From a candidate division WOR-3 bacterium (GTDB lineage: Bacteria > Hydrothermota > Hydrothermia > B15-G9 > WFZT01), in NCBI GenBank assembly GCA_027053075.1, contig JALUEE010000021.1, positions 1-54,650 of the forward strand: a stretch of DNA of 54,650 nt, read 5' to 3'. The position numbers were made by a program, and so were the translations under genes. Under the pieces are notes generated by a model, which was given only the letters and a program-made list of their open reading frames with translations, had not been told where the DNA came from and did no database searches. The number at the start of each line of letters is the position of its first letter. Within the stretch, counting starts at the first letter, position 1. Shown here one piece after another: positions 1 to 8,886 of the stretch.

Positions 1-1
1 T

Positions 2-499
2 ATGGGTAAACTGAGTCGTTTTATATTTACAACTTTAGTACTCTTTATCCTGTGGTTGTTTTTGACCTCCACTTTTAAGTCGCAGGAGGTTCTGATAGGG
101 CTGATCTTTTCGGCAATCATAGCCCTTTTCGCTTACAATTCGTTTACGGAGCAGGGACTAAGGAACCTGAGCCCTAAAAAGGTTTTCTGCGCGTTCCTGT
201 ACCTTCCGTACTTCTTCTGGCAGATGATCAAGGCAAACTTCGATGTTGCCTACAGGGTGCTCCATCCGAAGATGCCCATCTCTCCCGGCATTGTCCACGT
301 GAAAACGAAGATGAAAACCGACCTTGGAAAGCTTGTCGTGGCAAACTCTATTACTCTAACCCCGGGTACCCTCACCCTGGATGTGATTGGCGATGATATG
401 CTTATCCACTGGATTCATGTGAAGACGACAGATGTGGAAAAGGCATCTGAGGAAATTCCCGGTGTCTTTGAAAAATGTCTCAAGGAGTTTCTGGAATGA
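2..499 (+). CDS. mbsA: Mrp/MBS subunit A (MnhE-like Na+/H+ antiporter subunit)
   Basis: MnhE motif ANSITLTPGTLTLD; first gene of a 13-gene overlapping operon; sits at the window edge, so the start is not verifiable. Confidence 0.88.
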   Translation: MGKLSRFIFTTLVLFILWLFLTSTFKSQEVLIGLIFSAIIALFAYNSFTEQGLRNLSPKKVFCAFLYLPYFFWQMIKANFDVAYRVLHPKMPISPGIVHVKTKMKTDLGKLVVANSITLTPGTLTLDVIGDDMLIHWIHVKTTDVEKASEEIPGVFEKCLKEFLE

Positions 500-747
500 G
501 CTGGTATATCGCAATTGGAATTATAACGGTCGGAGTAATCCTGACCCTCATCAGGGCGCTAAAGGGGCCAACCCCTGCTGACAGGATGGTGGCAGTAGAT
601 TCCATGACTACGATCACGACAGCTCTGCTCGTGTTACTCGGTCTATATTTCAAACGCTACATCTACCTCGATATTGCTCTTGTGTACGCTGTGCTGGCTT
701 TTGTTGCAACTCTTGCGGTGGCAAGATACATGGAGGGAGGCTTATGA
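496..747 (+). CDS. mbsB: Mrp/MBS subunit B (MnhF-like)
   Basis: GPTPADRMVAVD motif and 3 TM segments; ATG at 496 overlaps the upstream stop (ATGA), with AAGGAG SD. Confidence 0.88.
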   Translation: MSWYIAIGIITVGVILTLIRALKGPTPADRMVAVDSMTTITTALLVLLGLYFKRYIYLDIALVYAVLAFVATLAVARYMEGGL

Positions 748-1088
748 TTCTAAACGTCATAGGATGGTTTCTCGTTTACTTTGGAGCCGTTTTCCTCTTC
801 CTTGGTGCCCTTGGTATTTTGAGATTTCCAGACGTCTACAACAGGCTTCAGGCTGGAACCAAATGTACCACCCTTGGTGCCTTCTCAGCGATTATCGGTG
901 TCGGTATTCTTCATCCTGCATGGCTTGCTAAAACCTTCATCATAGCTCTTTTCATCCTGCTGACCAACCCCATCTCATCCCATGCACTCGGGAGGGCGAG
1001 TTATCGCTCGGGTGTGGAGCTCTGGGAAAAGAGTGTGGTTGATAAATGCAAAGAATTTGCAGAATGTGTGGAGGAGAGAAATGAGTAG
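744..1088 (+). CDS. mbsC: Mrp/MBS subunit C (MnhG-like)
   Basis: RFPDVYNRLQAGTK and PISSHALGRA MnhG motifs. Confidence 0.9.
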   Translation: MILNVIGWFLVYFGAVFLFLGALGILRFPDVYNRLQAGTKCTTLGAFSAIIGVGILHPAWLAKTFIIALFILLTNPISSHALGRASYRSGVELWEKSVVDKCKEFAECVEERNE

Positions 1089-1332
1089 CCTGATTTTGAT
1101 ACTCTCTGCAATACTTGTGATTTTTATGATTGTCGGTGCCATTGTAACGATTCATGCCCGTGACCTGCTTGTCGCTATTATAGCTTCAGCCATCGTAGAC
1201 CTTGTGCTTGCAGTTCTCTTTTACATCCTGCAGGCGCCTGATGTGGCAATCACTCAGGCCTCAATCATGGGTGGACTGACCACGGCAATTTTCCTCGTGG
1301 CTATTAAGAAAACCGAGAGGTATGAGCAATGA
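1081..1332 (+). CDS. mbsD: Mrp/MBS subunit D (DUF4040/MbhD-like)
   Basis: LQAPDVAITQA motif; ATG at 1081 preceded by GGAGGAG. Confidence 0.85.
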   Translation: MSSLILILSAILVIFMIVGAIVTIHARDLLVAIIASAIVDLVLAVLFYILQAPDVAITQASIMGGLTTAIFLVAIKKTERYEQ

Positions 1333-2021
1333 TTAAAAAAGCTTTTGCCCTTTTGCTTGTAATAATTATTGGAATTTTCCTCTCCGCCACATTTGCAAAA
1401 ATCCCTTTTGGTGTTCCAAAGACAGTGGTTGGAAAGTATTACCTCGACCACGGAGTAAGTGATCTCGGCGGAGTGAATATCGTTACCTCCATCGTGGTAC
1501 TCTACAGAGGATTTGACACATTGGGTGAGGTAACGGTGCTATTTCTGGCGGCGACTGGACTTGGAATGGTACTCGCGGGATTGAGAGAGAAAGACGAGAA
1601 GAAGAAAAAGAAAACTGCCCCTTCACTCATCATGCGTACAGAAACCAAACTGCTATTCCCTATGATCATCCTTTTTGGAGCCTATATCTTCATTCACGGA
1701 CACCTGACCCCTGGAGGTGGTTTCCCCGGTGGCGTGGTGATAGCCTCTGCATTCCTCCTCATGTTCCTGTCTCACGAAAAATGGGAAGCTAAAGAGAAGT
1801 ACACAAAGATAACTGAGGCACTTGCCGGAATGACTTACGTGGTGATCGGACTCATAGGGCTTTATGTGGCTGGCTCTTTTCTTGAAAACTTCCTGCCAAA
1901 GGGAGTGCCGGGCAACCTTTTCTCAGCTGGAATAATACCTCTGATTTACACGGCCATTGGATTTAAGGTCGGGTCTGAGCTTACAGGCCTTCTACAAAAC
2001 CTCAGGGAGACGACAGAATGA
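1329..2021 (+). CDS. mbsE: Mrp/MBS subunit E (MnhB-like; MbxF in older naming)
   Basis: YRGFDTLGEV and HGHLTPGGGFPGG motifs. Confidence 0.87.
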   Translation: MIKKAFALLLVIIIGIFLSATFAKIPFGVPKTVVGKYYLDHGVSDLGGVNIVTSIVVLYRGFDTLGEVTVLFLAATGLGMVLAGLREKDEKKKKKTAPSLIMRTETKLLFPMIILFGAYIFIHGHLTPGGGFPGGVVIASAFLLMFLSHEKWEAKEKYTKITEALAGMTYVVIGLIGLYVAGSFLENFLPKGVPGNLFSAGIIPLIYTAIGFKVGSELTGLLQNLRETTE

Positions 2022-2383
2022 TACACGGACAGGTAATCTTCTACGGAGCTTCAGTTGCGCTGTTTGTCATTGGACTTTATGCGGTGCTCGTTAAAAGAAA
2101 CCTCATTAAAATTATGCTCGGTCTCTCACTGATCGAAGGAGCTGTTAATCTATTCCTTATAAACATCGGATATATCTGGGGAAAGACTGCACCAATCCTA
2201 TCCAACAAGGAGCTACTTGCCCATCCATCTGCGAAGGCAGTGGACCCTGTGCCTCAGGCACTCGTACTTACGGCAATCGTTATCGGAGTTGCAGTTCTTG
2301 CCCTTGCACTGTCGGTGATAATGAGGATTTATGAAACTCATGGCACACTTAACGTTGACAAAATAAAGGAGTTGAGATGGTGA
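2018..2383 (+). CDS. mbsG: Mrp/MBS subunit G (MnhC/NuoK-like)
   Basis: DPVPQALVLTAIVIG motif. Confidence 0.9.
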   Translation: MIHGQVIFYGASVALFVIGLYAVLVKRNLIKIMLGLSLIEGAVNLFLINIGYIWGKTAPILSNKELLAHPSAKAVDPVPQALVLTAIVIGVAVLALALSVIMRIYETHGTLNVDKIKELRW

Positions 2384-3843
2384 GCCCGATACTGATTATA
2401 GCAATTTCACTGTTTATGGCATTTTCTGTGCCCATCTGGGGAATGCTTTTTGGAAAGAAGGTGGAAAAATTTGTACCTCTTGTGACATTCGCAATAAACC
2501 TTTACATCGCGATAGTGAACATTCCCATTGCACTCCAGCATCCTATTGTTGTTATCACAGCCGGCTTTAAACCTCCATTTGGAATAAACCTGACAGTTGG
2601 ACCACTTGGAATCTTTCTTGCGACTCTGATCCAGTTTATGGGACTTTTAGTTGCCATCTATGTTCTTTCCTACAAAGTGCCGGAGCCTTCTGAAAAGTTT
2701 TATATGCTTCTGATTCTTGCGGTAATGGGTGCCTCAGGAATCGTGATGACGGGCGATATATTCAACCTCTTTGTCTTCCTCGAGATTACGAGTATTGCTT
2801 CATACTCACTCGCTGCCAGTGCTAAAACAGGTGGAAGTGTGGAGGGCGCTTTCAAATACATCGTTCTCGGCTCTCTTGGCTCCACACTTGTGCTACTCGG
2901 TATCGCACTTCTTTATGCACAGCTCGGCACGCTAAATATGGCTGATATTGCAAGGCAGATAGGGAAAGTTGACACCACCGTGCTTGTGGCCGCGAGTCTT
3001 TTATTCATCACAGGATTTGCCGTGGAGGCAGAGGCTTTCCCGATGAACGGATGGGTGCCGGATGCTTACACGGGAGCTCCATTTCCGGCAGTTGCCATTT
3101 TCGCCGGGGCAATTGCAAAGGCTGGAATTTACGGAATTGCAAGAATTTTCTACACAATTATCGGAGCACCTTCATACTGGCACCTTATCATGATTATCGG
3201 GATTCTGACATTGCTCATCGGCGAGCTGTCAGCGCTCCTTCAAAAGGATTTCAAACGTCTCCTCGCCTATTCTTCAATAGGCCAGATGGGGCTGGTGCTC
3301 GTTGCCATCGGAGCTGGCACGCTCGACACCATAGCAGGAGGTCTCTTCCAGGCATTTAACCATGCGATAACAAAAGGACTCCTATTCCTGACTCTTGGAA
3401 TTGTGGTTGCTGGTGTCGGAAGCTCAAATCTCCAGGACCTCGAGGGACTTGGAAAGAAGAAACCTTACCTCGGACTCCTTTTCTTTATCGGCATCCTGTC
3501 CCTCATTGGAATGCCACCTTTTGCAGGGTTCTGGAGCAAGATTCTCGTTGTATTTTCTATCATAAAAGCCAACTACATTGTTTACGCAGTATTAATCCTC
3601 GTGGGAGCTGCCATCGAGGTGGCTTACTACGTGAGGGTTTTAAGAACCCTGTATTCGGGAAGTTACAGGGGACCTGAATTCTCAACTTCATTCCTGACAG
3701 GTTTAACCGTTACCGTCCTTGCTCTCGTGATCATTGTTGTAGGATTTTACCCGAAATTGGTTACTCATTTCGTTTATCCAGCGGCAAAGGAGTTACTTGG
3801 AAGAGGAACCTATATTCAGGCAGTACTGGGAGGTAAGTTCTGA
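2377..3843 (+). CDS. mbsH: Proton-translocating antiporter-like subunit H (MnhD/NuoM-N family)
   Basis: GDIFNLFVFLE, WVPDAY and KRLLAYSSIGQMG motifs; many TM segments. Confidence 0.88.
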   Translation: MVSPILIIAISLFMAFSVPIWGMLFGKKVEKFVPLVTFAINLYIAIVNIPIALQHPIVVITAGFKPPFGINLTVGPLGIFLATLIQFMGLLVAIYVLSYKVPEPSEKFYMLLILAVMGASGIVMTGDIFNLFVFLEITSIASYSLAASAKTGGSVEGAFKYIVLGSLGSTLVLLGIALLYAQLGTLNMADIARQIGKVDTTVLVAASLLFITGFAVEAEAFPMNGWVPDAYTGAPFPAVAIFAGAIAKAGIYGIARIFYTIIGAPSYWHLIMIIGILTLLIGELSALLQKDFKRLLAYSSIGQMGLVLVAIGAGTLDTIAGGLFQAFNHAITKGLLFLTLGIVVAGVGSSNLQDLEGLGKKKPYLGLLFFIGILSLIGMPPFAGFWSKILVVFSIIKANYIVYAVLILVGAAIEVAYYVRVLRTLYSGSYRGPEFSTSFLTGLTVTVLALVIIVVGFYPKLVTHFVYPAAKELLGRGTYIQAVLGGKF

Positions 3844-5687
3844 TGGTGGCAAAACTTGCAGCTTTATACTTTCTTGGAGCAGTAATTGTTTACATCCTCG
3901 GAAAGTTAAGTAAAAAGCTGGCTGCGTGGCTGACTTTCTTGATTGCAGCCTATGGAGCGTATCTCTTCTATGGAATAAACAAAGCTGGTGGGTTATCCGA
4001 GACTTATAGACTGATAGGGAATTTTGGATTCTCCTTTGGAATCGGGCCACTTTCGTATTTCTTTGGAATGATGGCGCTGGGGCTTGGCGCTGTATTTGTT
4101 CTTGCCATCACATCCTGGGATGACAACACTCCTACCCTCATGTTCCTGATGCTGACAGTGCTTGGAACCATGTCTCTTATTACACTCTCCCGTGATTTTG
4201 TCTCGTTTTTCCTTGCGTGGGAGATTATGACCTGGAGCTCATTTGCAACACTCTTTCTCGGAAGAGGAATTGAGAGACGTGTGGCTGTCACAAGATACCT
4301 GATCTGGTCTGTGATTGGCGCTTATTTCCTGCTTCTTGCCTTTGGAATGATTTATGCGAAAACCGGGACAACTCTCTTCACTGTGGCGGTTGAGAGAATG
4401 GCGGCGGTGCCCTTCTGGTGGCTCTTTACGGTGGTTGTATTCCTTGTGATTGGATTTGGTGTAAAGGCTGCTGTGATGCCACTCCACACCTGGGCTCCCT
4501 ATGCCTATCCTGAGTCACCGGATACATTTACTCCCATATTTTCCGGATTGCTCTCAAAGATGGGAGTTTATGGATTCTTCCTGGCGATATTCTTCTTTAG
4601 CTTAAAATTTGCTGATTACGGAGTCGCAAAACTTTCTGGTGTTAATGTTATTGGCTACATCATAGCCTGGTTTGGGGCTATCACTGCTTTTGGTGGTGCC
4701 CTTTTAGCAGTTAAGCAGAAAAGGGCAAAGAAACTTCTCGCATACTCCAGTGTGAGCCAGCTCGGGTACGTGATATTTGGTCTTGCACTTGGCACTTCAT
4801 TAGGTGTGACAGGGGCCATCTATCATGCCCTATCCCATGCAGTTTTCAAAGGATTGCTGTTCCTCGCTGTTGCCGGAGTGATCATGAGGGCAGGTACTGA
4901 TGACCTTGACGAGCTTGGCGGGCTGATTTTTAAGATGCCTCTAACTTTCATCTTTGCCCTGATTGGCATCCTTGCACTTGCCGGGATACCACCGACAATC
5001 GGATTCCCGTCAAAGTGGCTACTTTATGAGGCTGGTATCGAAAGGCATTTTGTATTCATCACTGCAGTGATTTTTGCAGCATCCACCGCAGCGTTCCTCT
5101 ATTCCTACAGATTCCTATTCTCCATCTTCCTCGGCCAGCTACACGATGCGCACAGGGATATCAAGGAGGTTCCCCTGACGTTCATAATTTCTTATCTCGT
5201 GCTTGGTGGGTTTGGCGTCTACTGGGGACTTTTCCCCGGAAAGGTGCTGCCCCTCATTGAAAATATAGCCCTGAAGTTCAACCTGCCTGCACTCAAAACC
5301 TACACGCTCAGCTCTATCACGACAAGCCTCGGCACATTCAATGCAACAACTGTGGGAACCCTCTTCGGGATTTCCTTCCTGATTGGATTAATCATTTTCT
5401 TCCTGACTGGAAAGAGAAATCAGGTGGATCAGTTAAACAACTTCTTTGCCGGTGAAGCCGTGGATCAGATTGAAATGCACTACTCGACCAACTTTTACTA
5501 CTTCCTTGAAAGGGAGCTGAAGCCCATCTACAGAACGAGCGCAGAGACAGTTTACAAATGGTTCTCCGATTTCACGGTCTGGTTTGGCGACGGTGTGAGA
5601 AAGCTTTTTGCGGGCAATGCACAGGTTTATCTCTTTTACTTTGCAACATTCCTTGCTTTACTAATCTTAATCTACTGGGGGTTTTAG
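3843..5687 (+). CDS. Second antiporter-like subunit H' (MnhA/NuoL family)
   Basis: FLAWEIM, PLHTWAP and KKLLAYSSVSQLG motifs; a second antiporter subunit is typical of MBS/Mbx operons. Confidence 0.86.
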   Translation: MVAKLAALYFLGAVIVYILGKLSKKLAAWLTFLIAAYGAYLFYGINKAGGLSETYRLIGNFGFSFGIGPLSYFFGMMALGLGAVFVLAITSWDDNTPTLMFLMLTVLGTMSLITLSRDFVSFFLAWEIMTWSSFATLFLGRGIERRVAVTRYLIWSVIGAYFLLLAFGMIYAKTGTTLFTVAVERMAAVPFWWLFTVVVFLVIGFGVKAAVMPLHTWAPYAYPESPDTFTPIFSGLLSKMGVYGFFLAIFFFSLKFADYGVAKLSGVNVIGYIIAWFGAITAFGGALLAVKQKRAKKLLAYSSVSQLGYVIFGLALGTSLGVTGAIYHALSHAVFKGLLFLAVAGVIMRAGTDDLDELGGLIFKMPLTFIFALIGILALAGIPPTIGFPSKWLLYEAGIERHFVFITAVIFAASTAAFLYSYRFLFSIFLGQLHDAHRDIKEVPLTFIISYLVLGGFGVYWGLFPGKVLPLIENIALKFNLPALKTYTLSSITTSLGTFNATTVGTLFGISFLIGLIIFFLTGKRNQVDQLNNFFAGEAVDQIEMHYSTNFYYFLERELKPIYRTSAETVYKWFSDFTVWFGDGVRKLFAGNAQVYLFYFATFLALLILIYWGF

Positions 5688-5690
5688 GAA

Positions 5691-6578
5691 ATGAGCGATA
5701 AGATTTTGTGGGCAATATTTATGCCGATTCTTGTGATCTTTATTGGACTGATTTACATGGGACTGGCAAGAAAGATTACTGCGAGGATACAGAATCGCTA
5801 CGGGCCACCATTTTATCAGAATATAATTGACGTGATTAAGCTTCTCTCAAAGAAAAACACAATTTCCCACGGTGTGATGTTTGACCTCGGACCGATCCTT
5901 GCTTTTACCGGTGCTCTACTGACGCTTTTCTTCCTGCCTGTGGGTAACAAGCCTCTATTTTCGTTCCAGGGTGATATTATCGTGGTGCTCTATCTCATGG
6001 TGATTGCACCACTCGGAATGGCACTTGGAGCCGGAAATTCTGGAAACCCCAATGCTGCCATAGGAATCGCAAGGGCCCTGACTCTTATGCTGGGCTACGA
6101 GGTGGTGATGGTCATTGCAGTTGTGGCTGTGATGATTTACGACAACACCGCTTCTTTCATGGACATTATCAATGCTCAGAAGGGAGGAATTGCCCACTGG
6201 CATCTATGGCCACTATTTCTCTCTGCAATTGCCATGGACATAGCCATGCAGGCGATGCTTGGTGAGAAGCCCTTTGACCAGCCCATTGCACCTCATGAAA
6301 TTGCATCCGGTCCTATGGTTGAGTACGGCGGACGTTACCTATCTATGCTCCAGATGTACCATTCTATAGGAATCATCATTGAAACCGGTCTCTTCGTGAA
6401 TCTCTTCCTTGGTGGCGGAAATCTGCTGTGGTGGTTCGTAAAGTCATTCGCGGTCTTCTTTATAGCTCTACTCATTAATGCAGTAATGCCCCGATTCAGA
6501 ATAGGACAGGCTTTCAGATTTTATTGGTCTTATCCAGCATTAATTGGAATTCTGGGTTTAATCGTAATTCTCGTTTAA
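5691..6578 (+). CDS. mbsM: NuoH-like membrane subunit (MbsM)
   Basis: RKITARIQNRYGPP and KPFD...EIASGPMVEYGG motifs. Confidence 0.9.
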   Translation: MSDKILWAIFMPILVIFIGLIYMGLARKITARIQNRYGPPFYQNIIDVIKLLSKKNTISHGVMFDLGPILAFTGALLTLFFLPVGNKPLFSFQGDIIVVLYLMVIAPLGMALGAGNSGNPNAAIGIARALTLMLGYEVVMVIAVVAVMIYDNTASFMDIINAQKGGIAHWHLWPLFLSAIAMDIAMQAMLGEKPFDQPIAPHEIASGPMVEYGGRYLSMLQMYHSIGIIIETGLFVNLFLGGGNLLWWFVKSFAVFFIALLINAVMPRFRIGQAFRFYWSYPALIGILGLIVILV

Positions 6579-6591
6579 GGGAGTGAAACTT

Positions 6592-7242
6592 ATGGGAAAC
6601 AATGGAAAGAAAGGCGGACTTTCAAATTGGGCAAGAGGTCGTAGCCTCTGGATGATTCATTTTTGTACAGGGTGTGGCGCAATCGAGATGCCTCCAACAA
6701 TGACATCTCGATACGATATGGAGAGATTTGGAATTATTCCTATGGCCACACCCAGGCAGGCTGACCTCCTGCTGATAACAGGATATCTTACTGTTAAGAC
6801 CCTCAAAAGAGTGATAAGGGTTTACGAACAGATGGCAGACCCCAAGTGGGTGATCGGCTTTGGCTCTTGCACGGTGAACGGTGGTATGTACTGGGACTCT
6901 TACAACACGGTGAAGGTACTTGATCTCTACCTGCCTGTGGACCTCTACATAGCGGGATGCATGCCGAGACCTGAATCGATTATAGAGGCTTTTGTGGAAC
7001 TTAGAAAGGGAATTGCCGAGGGTAAATACAACGGGTGGAAAAAGTATTACGAGAATCTGGAGTATTACAAGAGAAACCAGGCATGGGTAATGGATATCAG
7101 GAAGTGGAGCATCAATAAAGAATTAGCAGAGCGCATCTACTTTGAAGTTAAGGCAGAGAAAGAGAAAAAGTGGAAAGAGGCGACAGAACTCCACATCCCA
7201 GAATACACCGCATCACAGATAGGGGTAAAGGAAGATGAATAA
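6592..7242 (+). CDS. mbsJ: NuoB-like Fe-S small subunit (MbsJ)
   Basis: FCTGCGAIE, GSC and GCMPRPE cluster ligands; the start may be GTG 6583 or ATG 6592. Confidence 0.9.
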   Translation: MGNNGKKGGLSNWARGRSLWMIHFCTGCGAIEMPPTMTSRYDMERFGIIPMATPRQADLLLITGYLTVKTLKRVIRVYEQMADPKWVIGFGSCTVNGGMYWDSYNTVKVLDLYLPVDLYIAGCMPRPESIIEAFVELRKGIAEGKYNGWKKYYENLEYYKRNQAWVMDIRKWSINKELAERIYFEVKAEKEKKWKEATELHIPEYTASQIGVKEDE

Positions 7243-7762
7243 CGAGATTTTTGTTGAGCAGAAGATTAAAGATACCTTTGGTGACGAGGTAAGAGTCGAA
7301 ATCCAGAGAGAGCGAAGAATTAAGGTTTATGTTGAGCCCAAGAAAGTGTTTCCCATGATTGCGTTCCTGAAAGACCAGGGCTTTAACCATTTTGTCGCTA
7401 TTTCCTGCGTTGACTGGATCAAAGACGACCAGTTCGAACTCGTCTACCACCTCTGGTCACATTCCTACAAGGTTCACGTTATGGTCAAAACACGAATCCC
7501 CAGAAAAGACCCGGTAATGGAAACAGTTAGTCCTATCTTTGAACACGCGGAGACCTACGAGCGCGACATCCATGAGTTCTTCGGTGTGGATTTCCCGGGC
7601 AACAACAACTTGAGGCCCTTCATCCTCGAGGACTGGGATGGACCACCACCGATGAGGAAAGACTTCGACACGCGCAGATTCTCCGAGATTTTCTACGGCC
7701 AGAAAGACATCGAGAAAGAACTCTTTACAAAGACCCCACAGAAGTTCAGAGGAGGTAAGTGA
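7235..7762 (+). CDS. mbsK: NuoC-like subunit (MbsK)
   Basis: YERDIHEFFGVDFPGN and PPMRKDF motifs. Confidence 0.9.
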   Translation: MNNEIFVEQKIKDTFGDEVRVEIQRERRIKVYVEPKKVFPMIAFLKDQGFNHFVAISCVDWIKDDQFELVYHLWSHSYKVHVMVKTRIPRKDPVMETVSPIFEHAETYERDIHEFFGVDFPGNNNLRPFILEDWDGPPPMRKDFDTRRFSEIFYGQKDIEKELFTKTPQKFRGGK

Positions 7763-8877
7763 TGACGGCGAAAGTCGAGGAAAGGTTTTTCGAATACTTT
7801 ATAGGCCCCCAGCACCCTGGAATTTCCGGTAACTTCAGCGTTTACCTCAAAGCTGTGGGAGATACCATAATTGAGGCCGAGGCACGTCCCGGATACCTTC
7901 ATCGTGGATTCGAAAAATTGATGGAAGTCAGAAGGTGGCTACAGAATGTTCCCATGGTCTGCCGAATTTGCGTGCCTGACCCAGACCCCAACGAGGTGCT
8001 CTATGCAATGGGGGCAGAGGAGCTCGGTGGATTTGAAGCACCTCCTCGCGCGAAGTGGATTAGAACCATGGTATTAGAGATGTCCAGGATTCAGGCACAT
8101 CTCTTTTATCTTGGTGGAATCTCCGGCGCGCTCGGTCTTTACACCGTTGGACAGTGGGGTGTGGGCGACAGGGATTACATCCTCGATAGGTTTGAGGAAT
8201 TAACAGGTGCGCGCGTTTATCACATTTATACACAGCCCGGTGGTGTAAGGCGCGACCTGCCACAGGGTTTCAAAGAGAGACTCCTTGAGACTCTTGATTA
8301 TCTCGAAAGGAGAATGCCAGACTACGACAAACTGATTTTTGACAACGCAGTGTTTAAAAAGAGAACCATTGGCGTTGCAGTTCTTGATAAGGATTGGGCA
8401 ATTGACCATGGTGTTACAGGGCCCAATCTCAGGGCAAGTGGTGTGAAATACGATATCAGACGGGACGACCCTTATCTTGTCTATGACCAGCTCGATTTTA
8501 ATATCCCTGTGTATACCGATGGAGATATGTATGCAAGGGCGTTGGTTCGTCGCGACGAAATTCTTGAAAGTATCAAGATTATCAGGCAGGTTCTCAAGAT
8601 GATGCCCGAAGGACCGGTAATGATTAAGCCACCCAATCCCTTTACGTGGAGAATTCCTGCAGGCGATGTATTTGTCCGAGTGGAATCATCCAAAGGTGAA
8701 TTTGGCTATTACATGGTTTCAGACGGCGGAATAAAGCCCTATCGCGTGCACGTAAGAGGTCCTTCAATGACTCATGGGATTAAGGTGCTTGAACACATGC
8801 TAAAAGGCGCGAGAGTAGCGGATGTTTCGGCAATAATGTTTTCACTGGACGTATGTCCACCAGACATAGACAGGTGA
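7759..8877 (+). CDS. mbsL: NuoD-like catalytic subunit of an MBS/Mbx complex (MbsL), lacking full NiFe ligation
   Basis: GPQHP and GYLHRGFEK motifs; N-terminal RICVPD and C-terminal DVCPPDIDR in place of the hydrogenase RxCGxC and DPCxxC motifs. Confidence 0.88.
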   Translation: MMTAKVEERFFEYFIGPQHPGISGNFSVYLKAVGDTIIEAEARPGYLHRGFEKLMEVRRWLQNVPMVCRICVPDPDPNEVLYAMGAEELGGFEAPPRAKWIRTMVLEMSRIQAHLFYLGGISGALGLYTVGQWGVGDRDYILDRFEELTGARVYHIYTQPGGVRRDLPQGFKERLLETLDYLERRMPDYDKLIFDNAVFKKRTIGVAVLDKDWAIDHGVTGPNLRASGVKYDIRRDDPYLVYDQLDFNIPVYTDGDMYARALVRRDEILESIKIIRQVLKMMPEGPVMIKPPNPFTWRIPAGDVFVRVESSKGEFGYYMVSDGGIKPYRVHVRGPSMTHGIKVLEHMLKGARVADVSAIMFSLDVCPPDIDR

Positions 8878-8886
8878 GGTGAGAAA

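Noticed and set aside
7759..8877. Group 4 [NiFe]-hydrogenase large subunit
   Set aside because: The second Cys of both metal-binding motifs is replaced by Asp, there is no cleavable C-terminal tail, and no maturation genes are nearby.
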